A stretch of DNA of 57,083 nt, counting the filler, from Jimgerdemannia flammicorona (Eukaryota), in NCBI GenBank assembly GCA_003990765.1. It is 3 parts of 3 records of this genome, joined end to end, with 100 filler letters (N's around TTAATTAATTAA, not from the genome) between each part and the next. Parts side by side here need not be neighbours in the genome. Positions count along the whole stretch, not along the records: positions 38,125 to 57,083 come from RBNJ01002064.1; 2 more parts are not named here. The stretch is one strand, 5' to 3'. The translations under genes and the position numbers were made by a program. Below are positions 38,025-52,000 of this stretch, in pieces (position 1 is the first letter of the stretch; each line of letters opens with the position of its first letter). The notes under the pieces are model-generated. The model did not search any database. It saw only the letters and a list, made by a program, of their open reading frames with translations, and was not told where the DNA came from.

Positions 38025-38124
38025 NNNNNNNNNNNNNNNNNNNNNNNNNNNNNNNNNNNNNNNNNNNNTTAATTAATTAANNNNNNNNNNNNNNNNNNNN
38101 NNNNNNNNNNNNNNNNNNNNNNNN
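38025..38124. other. Assembly gap with artificial spacer
   Basis: 44 N + TTAATTAATTAA + 44 N. Confidence 0.99.
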
Positions 38125-39235
38125 ACTCAAAGTCCTATAGATTTTTATTAGAAGAGAACCTAGACTATATAGGCCAAAACCCTCCCCCACCACCCACTAA
38201 GCACTGCTCCCCCATTAACCTAGGCTAGTTATTATCCAGCAGCTCAACCATACCAGGCACAGTAAGGCCTATAATGGCCCACACCTTATTCTGCACACCA
38301 TGCTCTTCCTATCACCAGGGGGAACCCAGCTATATGCCAATGATCAAAAGTGCATACCTGATCCAAAGAGAATGACAGGTAAAGAAAAATTCTCATCAAA
38401 GTACATCATAGTGGGTAGGGTCTGGTTCTCCCAGTCAAGGTAAGTAAAGGACTTATATATAAGGCAGAAGGAGACCCCCAATACCCCACTACTCAAGCCT
38501 GTAGGCCTTGGTCATGTTGCTATGTCAGCTCTCAGTTCTAGTTAAGTATAGTCAAGATGTCTGAAATGAGTAGCCTTGGGCCCCCTGACCCTCTCCAATA
38601 ACTAGAGCCCAATCCACCAAATTGCCAAAAGAAGCCAAAAGTGACACTTACTACCTAACTACTCTACACTAATCAAAAGGCTCCACCAAAGCAGCACCCA
38701 CCCCAGCCCTGATGACCACCCCTAGCCTGGCACCCTACTGGTTCACTGTAATCACCCTTCCTCCTATCTGTGATGGTCATCTCTCCTTCTATCCTGATAA
38801 TATCTGAAAAGCAGTCACCTATACTAGAACTGTACTTGTTAGAAAGCTCACCAAAGCCAGAGGGCCCCACCATAGATACTGAGGACCTGCAGATAACCTA
38901 CACTGAGCACTTGATGCCCAAGGTCAGCCAACTCCCTATGTAGCCTATGATATACTGAGATAGTACCTTATTGGTGATGGCAAAAGAAAGAAGGTATGTA
39001 CCACACCAAAATAAATGCATTCCAGATGCAGCCAAAGGTACTAGAAACTGCAAAAAAGTGGAGAAGACACTGATCTGACACTGATAAAAGGGCAACTCAT
39101 CACCATTGTCTCCCTCTCACTACCCTGCAACAGATATAGCAAACCAACCTAAGGTAGAGGGGGTAATAATTATGGAAAGTGAACTCAGAAGGTTACCTAC
39201 CAAACCATTATAACTGGTAAGATAGTGGAGAAAGA
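38125..39235 (+). repeat. Unclassified ~1.1-kb repeat, second copy
   Basis: Inverted match to 36840-38003. Confidence 0.8.
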
Positions 39236-39269
39236 GGCCAGCCACTAAGTTGTTCATTGTCTAGTACAT

Positions 39270-40950
39270 TCATTATAGGTTTCCCACCTCTCTCCTCCCT
39301 GAAGTTACCAGTCTCCTTTCTCTCAATATTGAGATATCAGCCCCTATACTCACAGTCTCATCCCACTTCTCCTCCAGGACATCTACCAGTTTATCTCCAT
39401 CAGCCATCATTACTTATCCCCCTTTTGCTACCTCAGGAACTTCAAAGTATACTTACTGGGCATCTCATATTGACATATCCTCTGCTGTCTGGCTTCTTAA
39501 GGCTGGACTCTACCTGATAAGAGAAGGAGTATCCTCCCAGACTTCAAACATATCATCCTTATATAGGTCTTTGCTTGGTACCTTCCTGGCCTCCTCTGGA
39601 CCCTCCTCTACATTCCTTCCATCTTCACTGGTCCAAACGTTCACTTTGGCTCTCCCAGTATTCTTAATTCTACTAGTGACTCTCTTTGTCTTTTCCTCCA
39701 GATTCACTAGTAACTCCTTCTGTCTCTTGTATCTTTGAGACCTCTCCCACAGCCCCTTATCAATACAGATGTACTTTCTATTCACTATTTCTAAATGCAT
39801 TGACTCTACATATACCTTTCAAGTCTTTGTCCTCTACTCTACTATATTACTCAGCTCCTTCAGTATCTCTAACAAATCCTCTTTCTTCTCCTCACTCTCC
39901 TTTACTCTCATCACCTTATATAAGAAGGCCCTCCACACTATCACTAAAGGCCAATTCCAAGCCTTCTCAATAGCCTCTCTCTCAGCTAGCCAAATACAGA
40001 TATCAATATCTCCAGTTCTAAATGAGGTTCCTTCTCAGATCTGAAACCCAATATTGACCACCTCCCTGTACTTGACTATGACTTCCTTGACTCTCCTTCT
40101 CATCTCTATAGTAGTTACCATAGGAACTTCTTTCACTAGAAGTTGCACTACTCTAGAGTCCCACCTCAAGCAGTGTATCATCAAGACATATATCTCTCCA
40201 ACAGTCAGTCTAGTCTTTAGCACATCCTTTAATAGTCCAGCCTCCTCAAAGCCCACCTTCACTCCTTCTAATCTCCTCAGGAACTTTATAGACACTATAC
40301 TAGCCACCTACTTAGCAATTAGCCCCAATACCATTTTTGCTATCACTGCTAAGCCCCAGAAGCACAAAATAATCATGAACTCCAAGATTGACTTCTTGAG
40401 TAATGGGACCACTACCAGACTCATTACACTATCTGTCAGATCTCTCATTTATCTGAGTCTCATTCTCTCAGCTCTACCATTAGTAGTTACATCTGGATTT
40501 TTTTCCAGATTACCAGTTACCACCCCATCAGCAGTTATACTCTCAGCCACTACACTACTGGCCCTTTTACTTGGTATCTCCAAGAGAGCCCCTCCTGGTC
40601 CTTTTGCAGTAGTCTTCTCTTTGCTACCCTGCAGCCATTTATCCAGCTCAGTCACTAGATCCCTCTGCTTAACCTTCTCAGTAAAACTCATCTGATTTCC
40701 TCCTAGCCATACTATATCTCCTCTTCCACCCTTGCCAACCCCCCTTCCTTCTGACAAAGTGCTCAGTATCTCCAACCCTGCTTCCTGATCTCTCCCCACA
40801 TGCTATCAGCCAAATATACTAGGGCCACCCTGCCTAGTATACTCCTTAGAACTCTGATTTGAAGATATATTCTTAAGATATTTCTTCAAAGAACAGTATA
40901 AAAGTAGGTGATATTTATTTGTATAATATGAGATATATCAGAAAGATATA
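39270..40950 (-). mobile_element. LINE copy 3, 5' part only (5' UTR and ORF1)
   Basis: ORF1 relic WDSRVVQLLVKEVP matches WDPRVVQLLVKGVP of copy 1; similar 5' terminus. Confidence 0.85.
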
Positions 40951-40952
40951 TA

Positions 40953-41625
40953 TTATGGGCTGACAATTTCTTGAAGTCTGAGACTCTAATATACTCTAAG
41001 TTGGAGATTGACTAAGATATATGTCTGAAGATCTAATAGATCTTTTTGGCTACCCTCAATTCATATATATCCATAGAGGTGTTATCTTATATCTCTTAGA
41101 GGCTGGTCTGAGAGAATTCCCAATAGAGAAGATTTCTTATTTTATATTTCTATCATATCTAGAGATATTTGGTAATAGTAGTAATCCTTGTCTCCATTTT
41201 ATAGTAGTAGAGAGTAAAGTGATAAAGATCACCAGTACTCAAGTTGAGGCTAGAAATTCTTCTAGTGTAAGTTCTCATGGCTCTTCTGATGTCTTGGAAT
41301 ATTCTTTCTTAGATTGAGAAGTCTTGGTAGTTCCTGGATCTTGAGATTTGGTGAACAATAGGTATTTTGTTTATAGTGAGTCTTTTGAACTATTTTGGAA
41401 TTTTGTGAGTCTTGTTTGAGTTACTACTACTGTGGTTTTTTAGTTCTTCTTTTATATTTCTTGAGATGTCTATCTTGTAGTTATTATGACTTATAATTAG
41501 TTATTATTACTCATCTTATAGCCTGAGTGAGTCATGCTATATAATCTTCTTATGCTCCAATTTAGTGACTTATAAGGAAAGACTGTCTTCTGTAATGATG
41601 TCACTATTTTGAGATTACTATTACA
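40953..41625 (-). mobile_element. Reversed partial LTR of the element-A family, carrying a fourth truncated accessory ORF copy (41365-40953)
   Basis: Reverse complement starts TGTAATAGT... like 8686 and encodes FQDIRRAMR and RVAKKIY*IFRH...NLEYIRVSDF. Cut by LINE copy 3. Confidence 0.88.
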
Positions 41626-41629
41626 ATAT

Positions 41630-43165
41630 ATTTACTATTATAATAATTTATATAATTGCAAACTATAACTAATCTATTTAATAAATAAATTATAATTTAT
41701 TATGAGTAGAAAGTATACTTAAATAGTCTTCTTTAGATAAAATATTATTGTTTTAATATTTGAATTCAGTATATTAATAATATATTATATATATTTATAT
41801 ATATTTAAAAAAAAGTTTTATTATTATTTTTTTAAAAGATAAAATTAATAAGATTTTAAAAAATAAATTATATGATATTATAGAGAAATATTAACAGAAT
41901 AATTATAATAAGTTTTAAATATATATCTCAATTTATTATCTGTCAATTAAATAAAAAATATTTATAAATAATTTTATTTCAAAACTGAACTAATAATTTT
42001 TTTTTTTTTAGAATTTTTTTTAAAGATAAAATAAAAAATTTTAAAGATAAAATAAAAATTTTAAAATAATAAATTTAATATTTTTAAATATCTCTAATAT
42101 AAAACTATAATATATTATAATATAAAATATATTTATATAAAGTATTTTATTTAAATATCTAAAATATAAAATTTAATAAAACATTGATTTAGTTTTAGAA
42201 TATACTATAATAATAATAATAATAAAAGTTATAAAGCTAATAAAAAATATAAAAATTTTTTTTTTTTAATTAAAAATTATTTATTATTTATATATTTTTT
42301 AATATAGTATTTATTTTAACTAAATTTAAAAGGAGAGATAAATAATAAATTAATTTTAAAAATTTAGAATATCTAAAAATTTAATTTAAAAAAATATATA
42401 ATATTTAATTTAAATATGACTATCTCTTAAATATAAATTATTTATAAATTATTAAATTGTAATATTAAATATTTTAATTATAAATAATAATAATAGTTAA
42501 ATATTAAGTAAATATGTATAAGAATAAAACTCTTTAATTAAGCTAATTATTAAAAAAAAATTAAATTATAAAATTTTATTATATATTAAATTTATATTAT
42601 AATATATTATTTTAATTAATAATATATATAAATATAGAAATACTAATTAAGTTTATAAATATTATATAAATAATATTTTTATAAATATATATTATTTATC
42701 TATAAATTTTATTATTAAATTTGATTACAAAAAAAAAAATAAAAAATAAAAAATAAAAAAAGACAATATATAAAAATTTTAATAATAATATATATTTAAA
42801 ATTAAATTTAAATAATTATAAATTTATTAATTATTAATTATATAATATTTGTAATATATTAATTTATTAGTTTATTTTAAATATTTGAATAATATTTAAT
42901 AATAAGTAAATAATTTGATTTTTTTAGTTTTATTTACATATAAAAATTAAAATGTTATTATATAATTTATATATTATATAATTAACTAAAATAATAATAT
43001 AATTGAAATTTAAATTAGATTTTATAATATTTATATTCAATATTATTTTATTTTAATTTATAATGTTATTATAACAATTTAAAGACTTTACTAAATTTAT
43101 AAATCATTTAATTTTAATATTATAATTAAAATTATTAAAATATGTTAAATATTATTTTTTTTTAG
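41630..43165. other. Extremely AT-rich island
   Basis: Almost only A/T for ~1.5 kb, with a sharp return to normal composition at ~43170. Confidence 0.9.
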
Positions 43166-43489
43166 AATTTCTTGAAAGGTGGCCTGGAGAATCGGGAAGC
43201 TCACGAACGGTCTTGAGCGGACGGAGTGTCGCGACCATCCAAAATGGTCAGTTCAAAATACTTAGACTCCGTCGTCGTGATCTCGTAAACTTCAAGATTG
43301 ACATCTGTGAGCAAGGAAACCAGCCATGGCAAAGCCACCAAATACGTTGGCTTCAAATCCGTGTAAATTCAGCTGTTGATGGCAGGGAATGGAGCTGTAA
43401 ACCGTTTACCCTGAACTCGTCCACTTCACTCATTTCTCGCAAAAGCAGTGACGGTGCTCGAGCCTAGAGCCAGCTTGCTTTGCATACGG

Positions 43490-46060
43490 GCATTGTGAGG
43501 CTCAAGAAGAAATAACTGCGATGTCCAGGACCTCACGAGGACCCTGGGAATGCACTATTATGCTCGTCACGAACTGCCCAATCAAGCATTGATGGTTTGG
43601 GTCTGTTGCACATGTCAGCAGACCGCTCGGGAGTGGCCAAAATGAGAACAGTGATGTGATGAGCCTTATATCTCAGGAATTTAACCGTCCGTCATGCATG
43701 TACCACCTTCCCCAATTATTGGGTTTTTGCGGAACCTTTCTTGGTTAGATTTGACGTATATACTAACCTTGTTTCATAGAGTTGTCAAAGTCCGCAAAGA
43801 ATATATGCCCTATATTGTAACAGCGAATATCTACAACAATTTCTCCGACGAGGTATGATTTTCGCAACCGTGGTTCCTTTTCCATGTTATCCATCCTAAA
43901 TTGGAGTAACAACCCTCAAAGATGCGGAACTTATTCTCCCAGCGGTGGGTTCCTTGGGAGAAATGTAGATCACTTGTAGTCGCATTGGTTGTCTACGCTA
44001 GCTGACTGTGAGACTAAGCTACAATGTGAACTATCGAGGTTCGTTGAATAAGAGGCTTCTTCAAATCGGAAATGTTGATCCGTGAAGCGGCCGCCTTGTA
44101 GTAGGTTACGTTGCATCAACTTATGTGCAGTGCAGTATAGATTGTGAATTATGTCATATGATGTGGCGTTCCGATCAAGCCAATATGTTGTGGGGACACG
44201 GAGTTTGGGCAGTCACCTAACCCGGGTCAGCTCATTTAGATGTAGGCCCTCTTCTAATTCCTATAATTTCTGCTTCGAACATATTGTCAGTTCCGAAATG
44301 AATTTGATATGTAATACTTACATACTGATGTTTGTCTCTATGCGAAATGTTATGATCACTTTTCATTAAAGACGAATGAAATTCTGCCAGATCGGAGATA
44401 GGTGTTAGGACGACATAATTATATACTGAGGCAACCGCAGTCCTACAGAAATGGCATCGGAAAAATAATGACGCCAAACATCAGGCCGTGTGATTGCATC
44501 CATTTCTGGTATTTTGATCTCTAAAAGTCGATAGCAGAATCACAAAGGGAATCTCGATATTAAGGCTCTCCTATATTATGACCGGATTGTCAAACAACCC
44601 ACACCACATCTCTCATTATAAATGCCATATAAACCGTCGAGCACGCTCCCCCCTACTATAGGACAAGAAGATTCGCAACGTACGGCTGACGAGATGAATA
44701 CATTGCTTTGCTGGATGGCCGGGTTTCTGAACGACGTTTAATTAATGATGACTAGAATGTTTTTCAGATCACATTAATCGTAGTCGTCCCCGCGTTCGCC
44801 ATACTGCTCACGAGCGTCGGTGTCTGCCTCCCGCTCTCGCTCTCGCTCTCGCTCTCCTACTCCCCCTCCCTCTCGCTTTCGCATGACATACGAACCGTCG
44901 AACACGCTTTCCCCTACTATAGGACAAGAAGATTCGCAACGTACGGCTGTCGAGATGAATACATTGCTTTGCTGGATGGCCGGGTTTCCCAACGACGTTT
45001 AATTAATGATGACTTGAATTTTTTTCAGATCGCGGTCGTCGCCGCGTTCGCCAAACTATTCGCGAGCGTAATTGCTCTGCCTGCTCTCGCTCTCGCTCTC
45101 CCTCTCCCACGTCTACCTGGTCCGACTCGACCAGATCCACCACTATGTCTACTATGTCCACCATGTCCTTCGAAGCGGCCAGCGCCACACATGACAAATT
45201 CCCCGAAGGCTGGTTTTTCATCCAGAACCGCAAATTCGGGTCCGTGTTAGACATTTCAAATGCCCACATCGCGGTAAGATCCACGATTCAAGCCTCTCAA
45301 CCAAGGAAGCGTTCCAAGAGTCAGTTATGGAAGTACGAGGATGGAGTTCTGCGAAACAGGGTTTAAAATTCGATCCTGAAAGTCCGAGGAGGTAGGGAAC
45401 CTGTCCGCAGCTTAATGCATTGTCAGTCATTTGTTACTATTTCTTTCGTTTATTTATTTACCCATTCAATCGCTTTTATTTATAGGTCTCTTTCAAGCCC
45501 ACCTTAAGAACACAAAAATCATCCACGACACTAAATCTGTCGATTCTAGCATTCAGGAATGGGATGTAACCCTCGAAGGTACAATCTACAAAAAAGCCAA
45601 CAATTCCAAGGTCCTTTCCCTTAAGGAACACGAACACGCCACAGTTTCTGCGGACGTGTACATTCAGGACTTGAAGCCCAATAAGCATATTGAACAGCGA
45701 TGGCAATTTTTGGTCATGAAAACAGACTGTGGGTAATCAAATAAATGTACCTTTTTTCGGCGGGTATTGGTGCTTCCCTCACATGTTTTTGACTTTTTCT
45801 TGCCATCGCCCCACAGTTGGTTACCACGCCAACTTCCCTCAGAGTTGGTTCTTCATCCAAGCGGCTGTCAAAGGCCATGTCCTGAGTGTCAAGGATTCCT
45901 CTACCGAAGTCGGCGCCCAAATCGTGCTACATCCGTGGAGTTCTACAGAATACCGGAGCCAACTGTGGAAGTACGACAGAGGTTGCCTGGTCAACTTCAA
46001 CTCAAAACTCGTTCTTGACGTTGATAAAGGTAATTACATGAGATGTCACAATGCCGCCAT
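43490..46060 (+). repeat. Segmental duplication, copy 1 (copy 2 ~54180 to window end)
   Basis: Colinear upstream region and first lectin exons and introns, e.g. gtccgtcatgcatgtaccaccttcccaattattgggt in both. Confidence 0.9.
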
Positions 46061-49000
46061 CTTTTGCGAAAAACAAAAATCAAAAATCAACGGGCGCTCA
46101 TACCTCGACCGCTCTCTGTTGTCCAGAAAATTTTTCCATTGGTGGCGACCTTGTCCAGCAGCATAGGAATCATAATTAAGGAAACGGCCAGTATTATTTC
46201 CTGACGGACCAGGGCGAAATCTTCAATCGAAAGTACCACCACCTTGCCATCGGCCTGGCCAATGAAGCAACAGCCATGGTGGACGGCGCGCAGGTCCGCG
46301 TCAAAAAGCACACGAAACGACACGTGCCAGAGGAGCAGTGGCGCTTCCTGCTTCCTGTCTTCGGCCGCAATTCGGACGGTCGCCAGGTCGTTGAGGGCAC
46401 GGAGGATGCCTTGCTGGACTTGCAAAGCAATTGTGATGATGATGGCGAAGACGATAACGCCATTACCGTGACATCTGAGACCACCGACGACATGTACGAC
46501 GAGTACAGTACGTTCCCCGAGGGGCCGTTCTTCATTGGGTTATCCTCGAACAAGGACTTCGTGGTGAGTGCCGCAAGCGACTCCAATGGCAGCGATGGGC
46601 TGTTCCTGCGCAAGTTGAACGTCAATGATTACAAAAAATGCTTATGGGTATATCGCAATGGATTCTTGGTCAATGATGCTACCAAGTTTGTGCTCCATAT
46701 CAAAGATGGTTAATATCAACTGCATTCATTTCGTCCTTCGTTTTGTCAAAAATATACGATTCCTCCTCGATGTACCTGGGATCCATGTCGGACTGATGGA
46801 ATGTTTGTTCTATTCCAGGTGTTCTTCCTATGGCACACCAATAGTCACGTCTCAACACTGACATCGCAAACCGTGGGCACTGACCATCGATAGGTATATC
46901 CTTAACCGCAATAACCCTGACTTGGTGCTTGGTGTTGCCAATATAGCTGGCAATGATTTACAGAACACCACGGTCCAGCTTCTCCATAAAGAGGACGGTG
47001 GTCAACGGTGGAGCTTCCTTCGCCCAATATTCCGCGAAGATTTAATTGTGTTCGTCGAGGAGGTCGTCATGATCCTCATCCCCGAAAGCAAGTCTCGGGG
47101 TCTTTATAACAATCACAGATTATCGCTTACCGTGGAAATGGCCAGGATAATTGGTATATATATATATATATTTTTTTTTGGGGGGGGGGGCTCACGAGGT
47201 AATGACGCGGATTGTTGGCTTGCAATGATGACGTAATAGTTTATTGATTATATATATATATATGTATATATGTATCTTTCTGCCTTTTAGAACACTGTAT
47301 TACCCCTTGGGGGGCCTCCACCATCCCATTGCAGACGATAGTCCCATCACCAGATGACGCACCCGGCATCGTTTCATCACAGGTTGACGCTTCGCCAGAT
47401 GACGTGCTCGACACTGCTTCAACACAATGTAACGCGCTCGACTTTACTTCAACACCAGATGACGCACCACATGTTAACGCGCTCGACATCGTTTCACCAA
47501 AGGATGGCGTATCCGAAATTGCTTCACGACAAGTTGACGCGCTCGATATCGCTTCACCAGATGACGTGCTCGACATAGCCTCAACACAAGATGACGCGCT
47601 CGACATCGTTTCGCCAAAAGATGGCGTATCCGAAATTGCTTCACCACAAGTTGACGCGCCCGATATCGTTTCAACACAAGATGCACCACCACAAGTTGAC
47701 GCGTTCGACATTGCTTCACCAGATGACGTGCTAGACATAGCTTCAGCACAAGATGACGCGCTCAACATCGCTTCACCAGATGACGTGCTGGACATCGCTT
47801 CAACACAAGCTGACGCACTCGACATCGATTCACCAACCGAAGATGCACCCGGTATTATTTTACCACAGGTTGATGTGTTCGATATCTCTTCGACACAAAA
47901 TAACGCGTTCGACATCACTTCAACAGAATATGGCGTATCCGAAATTGCTTCACTAGACCATCGCTTCAGATGACGCACCACCACAAGTTGACATGCTTGA
48001 CAATGCTTCACCAGGTGACGTGCTCGACATAGCTTCAACACAAGATGACGCGCTCGATATCGTTTCACCTAAAGATGATGTATCCGAAATTGCTTCATCA
48101 CAAGTTAATGCGACCGACATCGCTTCAACACAAGATGAAGCACCACCACAAGTTGACCATCTCGACATCGCTTCATCAGATGACGTATCACAAGTTGATG
48201 TGCCCGACACCGCTCCAACACAACATGACCCACCACCACAAGGTGACATGCTCGACACCACTTTAGCACAATGTAACGCGCTCGACATCATTTTAGCAAA
48301 TGCTGACGCGCTCGACTTCGCTTCAACACATGACGCACAAGTTGATGCGCCCAACATCGTTTCAGCGCAAGATGACATGCTCACCATCGGTTCACCAATA
48401 GATGACGTGCTCGTCATGGCTTCAACACAAGATGACGCACCTGGCACAAGTTGACGCGCTCGATGTCGCTTTATCAGATGAAGTGCTCGACATCGCTTCA
48501 ATGCAAGAGGACGCGCTTGGCATCGTTTCACCAAAAGATGAAATACCCGACATCCCTTCACCAAACGATGACACACCCGGCATCAATTTACTACAGGTTG
48601 ACGATTCTGAAGCGCCTCTCACAGACCCATTGTGGACGATAGACATCGTAGAACTAGAGTGTTGGCGTGTCGACGTCACCGACGTCGACTCTCAGTCCGA
48701 ACCCATCCGAACGGTCAACTTCACAGAAGCGACTACCGTCTTCGCTATTGACATATCCGGATCCGTTGCCGGTGGCATCCTGGTCACTGAAAAAAACATC
48801 GTCCAATCCCTGGCCACCAGCCCTCACCACCTCGAGCATTCAAAGATTGTCGCATGGGATGACGAGACGCGTGATCCTATTCCAGTCTCGAATGTCGACA
48901 CCATCTCAGCCATCGGAGGCACGGTCCCCGCGTGCATCCTGAGGAACCAAGAAAGCACCCAACTCATACAACAGTCGGACGTTTGGTTCCTTATCACCGA

Positions 49001-52000
49001 CGGTGTCATCGGCGAGTACAGTATACGGTGTTTCGCAGAGCAAATTAGAAAAAAAAACATAACCCACATCCCTGCCGTCACTATCATCATTGGTGATGCC
49101 GTTAGGAGAAAAGAGTTTCCTGTAAGCATCGACATCTCCGTCGGCGTTGCGGTCTTTTCCTCAATCGACCACTGCCATTTCCTGTATGCCGACACATACG
49201 AATGGGATAGCGGCATTCGCAAATTTTACGTCCTCCAGGCCAAAGGCTGTTTCGAGAACCTCGGAGCCGTGAAGCTCATGAATAAATCTGTCCAGTGGCC
49301 GAACCTCCCCGTTGTTGCTCCGGATGTCCTCTCCAATAATGTCCTCTCGAAGACCAAGGCTCGCGTCGATGGCAGCGTCATCCGCCTCAACGACTCCCTC
49401 CACGTTCACATCGACACACTCCTGTCTCCTCGCACTACCCTCACCCGGGACGAGATCGGCGAGGTCTTCAAGAACGAATCCGCCCGCGGTGCCCTCTTCC
49501 TTGCCTGCAAGGTCCGCGGCCTCATTAAAATCTTCGTGTTTTCATGAACCGTCACAAGACTAAGAATATCGATGGAACTACATCCAGAGCATCCACTTTC
49601 ACCTTACTCAGGTTCGCCAGTCCGCTGCTCCCACCGATGACATTCTCGACCTCCAGCGTCAGCTCCGCGAAGCTTACCAACGTAACGAGCAAGAAATAGT
49701 TATTCAGTGTGCTCTCGACGAGCTTGACCAGGTTGAATGCAGCGGGTACTTGGCCCGACAGCTCGCCCGCCCCTCCATCGGTGCCACCGAGGCAGTCTCG
49801 GATGCCGAGTACGCTAAGCAGCTCGATTCGTTGCTGTTCAACTCTGCTGACACGGATTCGTTCTGTGGAAAGTGCCCCATCTGCGGTGACGAGAATGTCG
49901 TCATGGCTTTTGCATGCAAGATTCTTCCTGCAGACAAAATCGAGGCCAACTCCAATGACTTACCATTCGCATGGAGATCTGCGTTACGCAATGCTGACTT
50001 ACTCGGTGCGCAAATTATGTGCTTCCGGTGTACAAAATATACCACGAGCAAGGAGGCCTCGGTCATCCTACCACTCGTGAGCTTGGCCAAAAACATGAAG
50101 CTATGGAGGGTGAAGTTGGGCCTCATGCTGGGTAACGGTTTACACTTCGAGAGCCGGGTGCAACTATTTATGACTCTCCTGGAAGAGTGCCTGGGTGTTC
50201 AATCGACCGAGGATAAGGGTGAGAGCGACGCAGAGACCAGGTTCTATCGGGATGCTCTGGAGTGGACACTTGGGATGCTATGGAGGGAGTTCAAGATGAA
50301 CAACGAGATGAGAAATACGGTACAATTATCAAGGATATCGATGGTGGCATGGCACTTCGACCCCTGCCTTCCCAGATACCCGCTCAAGAGGTTCTTGAGG
50401 ATCCTGCGCCGCAACAAAAAATTCGACGTCTCCAACCAGCCGCCGGACGACGACTCCACACCTATCTCATGGCTCTCCTGATCGAAAACTATCAAGTCGA
50501 CAAAGCACGGCAATCTCCAGATCGCGTACGACCGCATATGGACTGCACTTTACGATGAGCAGGAAGCTCCTCGCATCGTCACTACGATAGGTAACTTCGT
50601 TCAACCCGACGAACTCAAGCTCATTGCCGACTATGTTGGCTACGATAACCCGATTTTCCCCTTCCCCGCCGCCACAACCATCTTCTTGCGCCGCCTTCTC
50701 GAGATAAGGAAACTTGACTCCGGCGCCAACTATATTTTGGAGATGCGTGCTCATGACACCCTTGTTATCCAGGCCCTTGACCATCCTTATGGTGTTACCA
50801 ATGCCGATGCCCTTGCGGCCCTCAACGAGACGTTCGTGGGAAAGATGAGGACCAACTTGAGGGATCTCTGTGTCACAACAAATGTTATTCCTAGAGTGAA
50901 GTTGCACCCAGCCGAGGGTCCCGAGGTCTCTGAGATCATCTGTGGCAATATGCGGGGAAGCTATTTCGGGACCCCTGAGAAAGTATTAGAGCTCATTCAC
51001 GCCTGCATCGAAGTGGGTATCACCACTTTCGACACCGCAGAAATTTGCGGGGGTTCAAATGAGGTGTTGTTTGGTAAGTTGTTTGGGCGTTCGTTTACCG
51101 CATCTCGCTTTACGGAATGGGTTAACGTTGTGAAATTTACCCAGTGGATACATGTCTAAAGTACAACGACATTCTCAGGCGACGCGCTGAAGATGGAGTC
51201 AGGGCTGCGTGATAAAATTGAAATGTAAGTGTCATTCATATTTGAAAGAATCAGAGTTTTTGCGATCTTTTCATTCATACAATATCTCATTATGAAGTAT
51301 CACCAAATGCAACATTTGCTTTCCTTCAGCCCAAGACCGCAATTCCTCGTACGAGTGCGTCGTCACCGAAGTCAAGCGATTGCTACATGAGCTGGGTGTC
51401 ATATATATTGGTGAGTATATATATATATTGGTTCAATCTGGTTTGTTGGTGAAGAATGAAAACTAAATTATTTTATGTGTCTTGTATATAGATGTGCTGC
51501 TGATACACGGTCTGATTACCTGATGGATGCCGGTGAGGTAAGTTGAATCGACGTGTGATGGAGGGATTTGTTATTCTTGAACACTTTCCCACTTTCGTCG
51601 GCTTCCTCTTCCCGCCCACAGCTCGCCAAAGCGATGACCGAGCTCCGTGACTCAGGCAGTGTCCGCCACTGGGGTGTATCAAACTACCCAGCTAGCAAGT
51701 TCCGCCTTGTGCAGTCGCGCTTGTCGTTCCCACTCGTGACGAACGAGATCGAACTCGGCGTGACCAGCTTCGATGCCATGCTCGATCTGGCGCAGGAGCA
51801 GCGTATTCGGCCTATCTCGTGGTCTCCTTTCGAATTCAAGATTGAGGGTGCCGCGGAGTTTGGAGAAGGTGTTACGACCGATCAGGTAAGGTGTCGTGCC
51901 AGGCACTCTCAATGGTTTTAGTATTCCCGATCCTTTAACGCTTAAACGGCACCCCTGCATCAGATCTCTCATGCTTTCGCACTAGCACATTCTTCGCGTC

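Noticed and set aside
44680..44770. snoRNA box C (ATGATGA) or hammerhead (CTGACGA) motifs in the 240-bp units
   Set aside because: No correctly placed box D or GAAA; better explained as short spliceosomal introns.
47241..48576. Minus-strand Cys/Ser-rich ORFs of 275 and 207 aa
   Set aside because: Antisense of the coding repeat array; the plus strand joins the vWA frame.
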